Positions 62,539 through 64,000 of a DNA stretch of 64,000 nt are shown piece by piece. Every line of letters starts with the position of its first letter. Position 1 is the stretch's first letter. The translations under genes were made by a program, and so were the position numbers. This DNA comes from an uncultured Gemmatimonadales bacterium (GTDB taxonomy: Bacteria; Gemmatimonadota; Gemmatimonadetes; Gemmatimonadales; Gemmatimonadaceae): positions 96,001 through 160,000 of the forward strand of contig CAWKMU010000003.1 in assembly GCA_963850905.1 (NCBI GenBank). The letters run 5' to 3'. Below the pieces are notes generated by a model. It had not been told where the DNA came from. It searched no databases and saw only the letters and a list, made by a program, of their open reading frames with translations.

Positions 62539-63882
62539 TCAGTAACCGCCGACCGGCGCTCCCCTGATGCCCGAGCGGAGGCGGCTGCCTTTCTTCATGA
62601 AGCCGTCGTATTTCCGAAGCAGCAGGTGCTGGTTCATGTTCGTGATCGTGTCGAGCGCCACGCCGACAACGATCAAGAGCGACGTGCCACCGAATCGGAA
62701 CGGCACATTGATCTGGTCGGCGATGAACATCGGCAGCAGTGCGATGAACGTCAGGAAGATCGCACCCGGGAACGTGATGCGGGACATCACCTCGTCGATG
62801 TACTCGGCCGTTCGCGTCCCGGGCTTCACGCCGGGAATGAACCCACCCTGCTTCTTCAGGTTCTCGGCCAGATCCACCGGGTTGAAAATGATGGACGTGT
62901 AGAAGTAGGTGAAGAACACGGTCAACACCGCGTACGAGATGTAGTAGGCGAGCGCGCCCGGGCGAAAGATGTCGGCGAGGTCGCGCGCCACGGGCCATCG
63001 ATTGCCCATGAATTGCGCAATGGCGCCCGGCACCACGATCACGGACTGGGCAAAGATGATCGGCATCACCCCGGCCGAATTGATGCGTAGGGGGATGAAG
63101 CTCTTCGCCCCATCGCGCATTCGGCCACGCGCCATCGTTCGCTGCGGAATCTGAATTGGGACTCGACGCGCGGCGACGGTGATCGCGATCACCCCGGCCA
63201 CGACGCCCACCATCAGAATGCCCAGCACGATCAGCTTGACGACGCTCGTCGCACCCGTGGTCACGTATCGGAACGTGCCGAAGATGCCGGGCCAGAAGCG
63301 CTCGATGATCGAGAAGAAGATGATGAGACTCGCCCCATTACCCACCCCGCGCTCGGTGATCTGTTCACCGAGCCACATGACGAAGATCGCGCCGGTCGTG
63401 AGGAACAGCACCATCTGGATCTTGAACCCGAGTCCCGGATTCGTGACTGCGCCCGGCAGCGACTCGGTGAACAGCGCGAAACCCCACGCCTGCACGACGG
63501 CAAGGGCCACCGTCAGATAGCGAGTCCACTGCGTGATCCGCTTCTGCCCCTCCTCCTCCTTCTGCATCTTGTCGACCTGGGGAATCACCGCGCCGGCGAT
63601 CTGCATGAAGATGCTCGCCGAGATGTACGGCATGATCCCCAGTGCGAAGACCGTCGCTTTGGACAGCCCGCCGCCGACGAAGAGGTCGTAGAGGCCGAGG
63701 AGACCTCCCTTCCCCTGATTGGCGAAGAAGTCGGTGAGTGCGATGACGTCGACGCCCGGCACTGTGACGTGCGAGCCGACACGGTAGATCACAAGGCAGA
63801 GCAGCGTGAAGAGGATCTTGTCCTTGAGCTCTGTCGTCTTCCAGATGTTCGAAACCGCTGTCGCGGCGCTGGCCTGTGCCAT
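62539..63882 (-). CDS. secY: Preprotein translocase subunit SecY
   Basis: ALGIMPYISASI, WLGEQITERGVGNG, AGVMPIIFA, FIPGVKPG, GGTSLLIVVGV. Confidence 0.99.
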   Translation of the reverse strand: MAQASAATAVSNIWKTTELKDKILFTLLCLVIYRVGSHVTVPGVDVIALTDFFANQGKGGLLGLYDLFVGGGLSKATVFALGIMPYISASIFMQIAGAVIPQVDKMQKEEEGQKRITQWTRYLTVALAVVQAWGFALFTESLPGAVTNPGLGFKIQMVLFLTTGAIFVMWLGEQITERGVGNGASLIIFFSIIERFWPGIFGTFRYVTTGATSVVKLIVLGILMVGVVAGVIAITVAARRVPIQIPQRTMARGRMRDGAKSFIPLRINSAGVMPIIFAQSVIVVPGAIAQFMGNRWPVARDLADIFRPGALAYYISYAVLTVFFTYFYTSIIFNPVDLAENLKKQGGFIPGVKPGTRTAEYIDEVMSRITFPGAIFLTFIALLPMFIADQINVPFRFGGTSLLIVVGVALDTITNMNQHLLLRKYDGFMKKGSRLRSGIRGAPVGGY

Positions 63883-63905
63883 AGTGGCCCCTGCATGAGG
63901 ACAGT

Positions 63906-63927
63906 GGGACCACCGTGAGGTGGTCCC
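63906..63927 (-). other. 9-bp perfect hairpin between rplO and secY
   Basis: gggaccacc-gtga-ggtggtccc; no U tract follows it. Confidence 0.5.
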
Positions 63928-63950
63928 CCAACGAATTTACCTAGCCTGCA

Positions 63951-64000
63951 CTACTCTTCGATGCGACCGCCGGCCGCAAGGATCTTCTCACGCGCCCCGG
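63951..64000 (-). CDS. rplO: 50S ribosomal protein L15, C-terminal fragment
   Basis: ...GAREKILAAGGRIEE*, directly upstream of secY. Confidence 0.85.
   Translation of the reverse strand, partial: GAREKILAAGGRIEE

Overview
High-GC bacterial core-genome segment. Gene content and order (lepA, GT9 heptosyltransferase, ROK/PfkB kinases, ftsEX-envC-nfo, pckA, class II RNR, murQ/anmK, priA, homodimeric glyQS, purA, trpS, ftcD, map-adk-secY-rplO) suggest a Gemmatimonadota-like diderm, which is an inference from the sequence only. About ten genes carry single-base frameshifts, including priA and nrdJ, most simply explained as long-read assembly errors. I saw no rRNA, tRNA, CRISPR array, prophage or IS transposase. 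The most interesting items are: (1) a translationally coupled STAS-HATPase kinase plus STAS-wHTH pair inside a sugar-kinase operon, with no sigma factor; (2) a co-oriented cluster of GAF kinase, small protein, ubiquitin-like protein, deacetylase, orphan GvpL/F and Zn-ribbon Ser/Thr kinase upstream of priA; (3) a 459-aa LAGLIDADG intein in nrdJ with atypical-codon flanking patches; (4) about 10 same-strand GTAG-type REPs, some inside a composite 120-170 bp element bounded by inverted heptamer arrays, plus one REPIN-like pair with compensatory changes; (5) -10 hexamers directly before many start codons, suggesting leaderless mRNAs.
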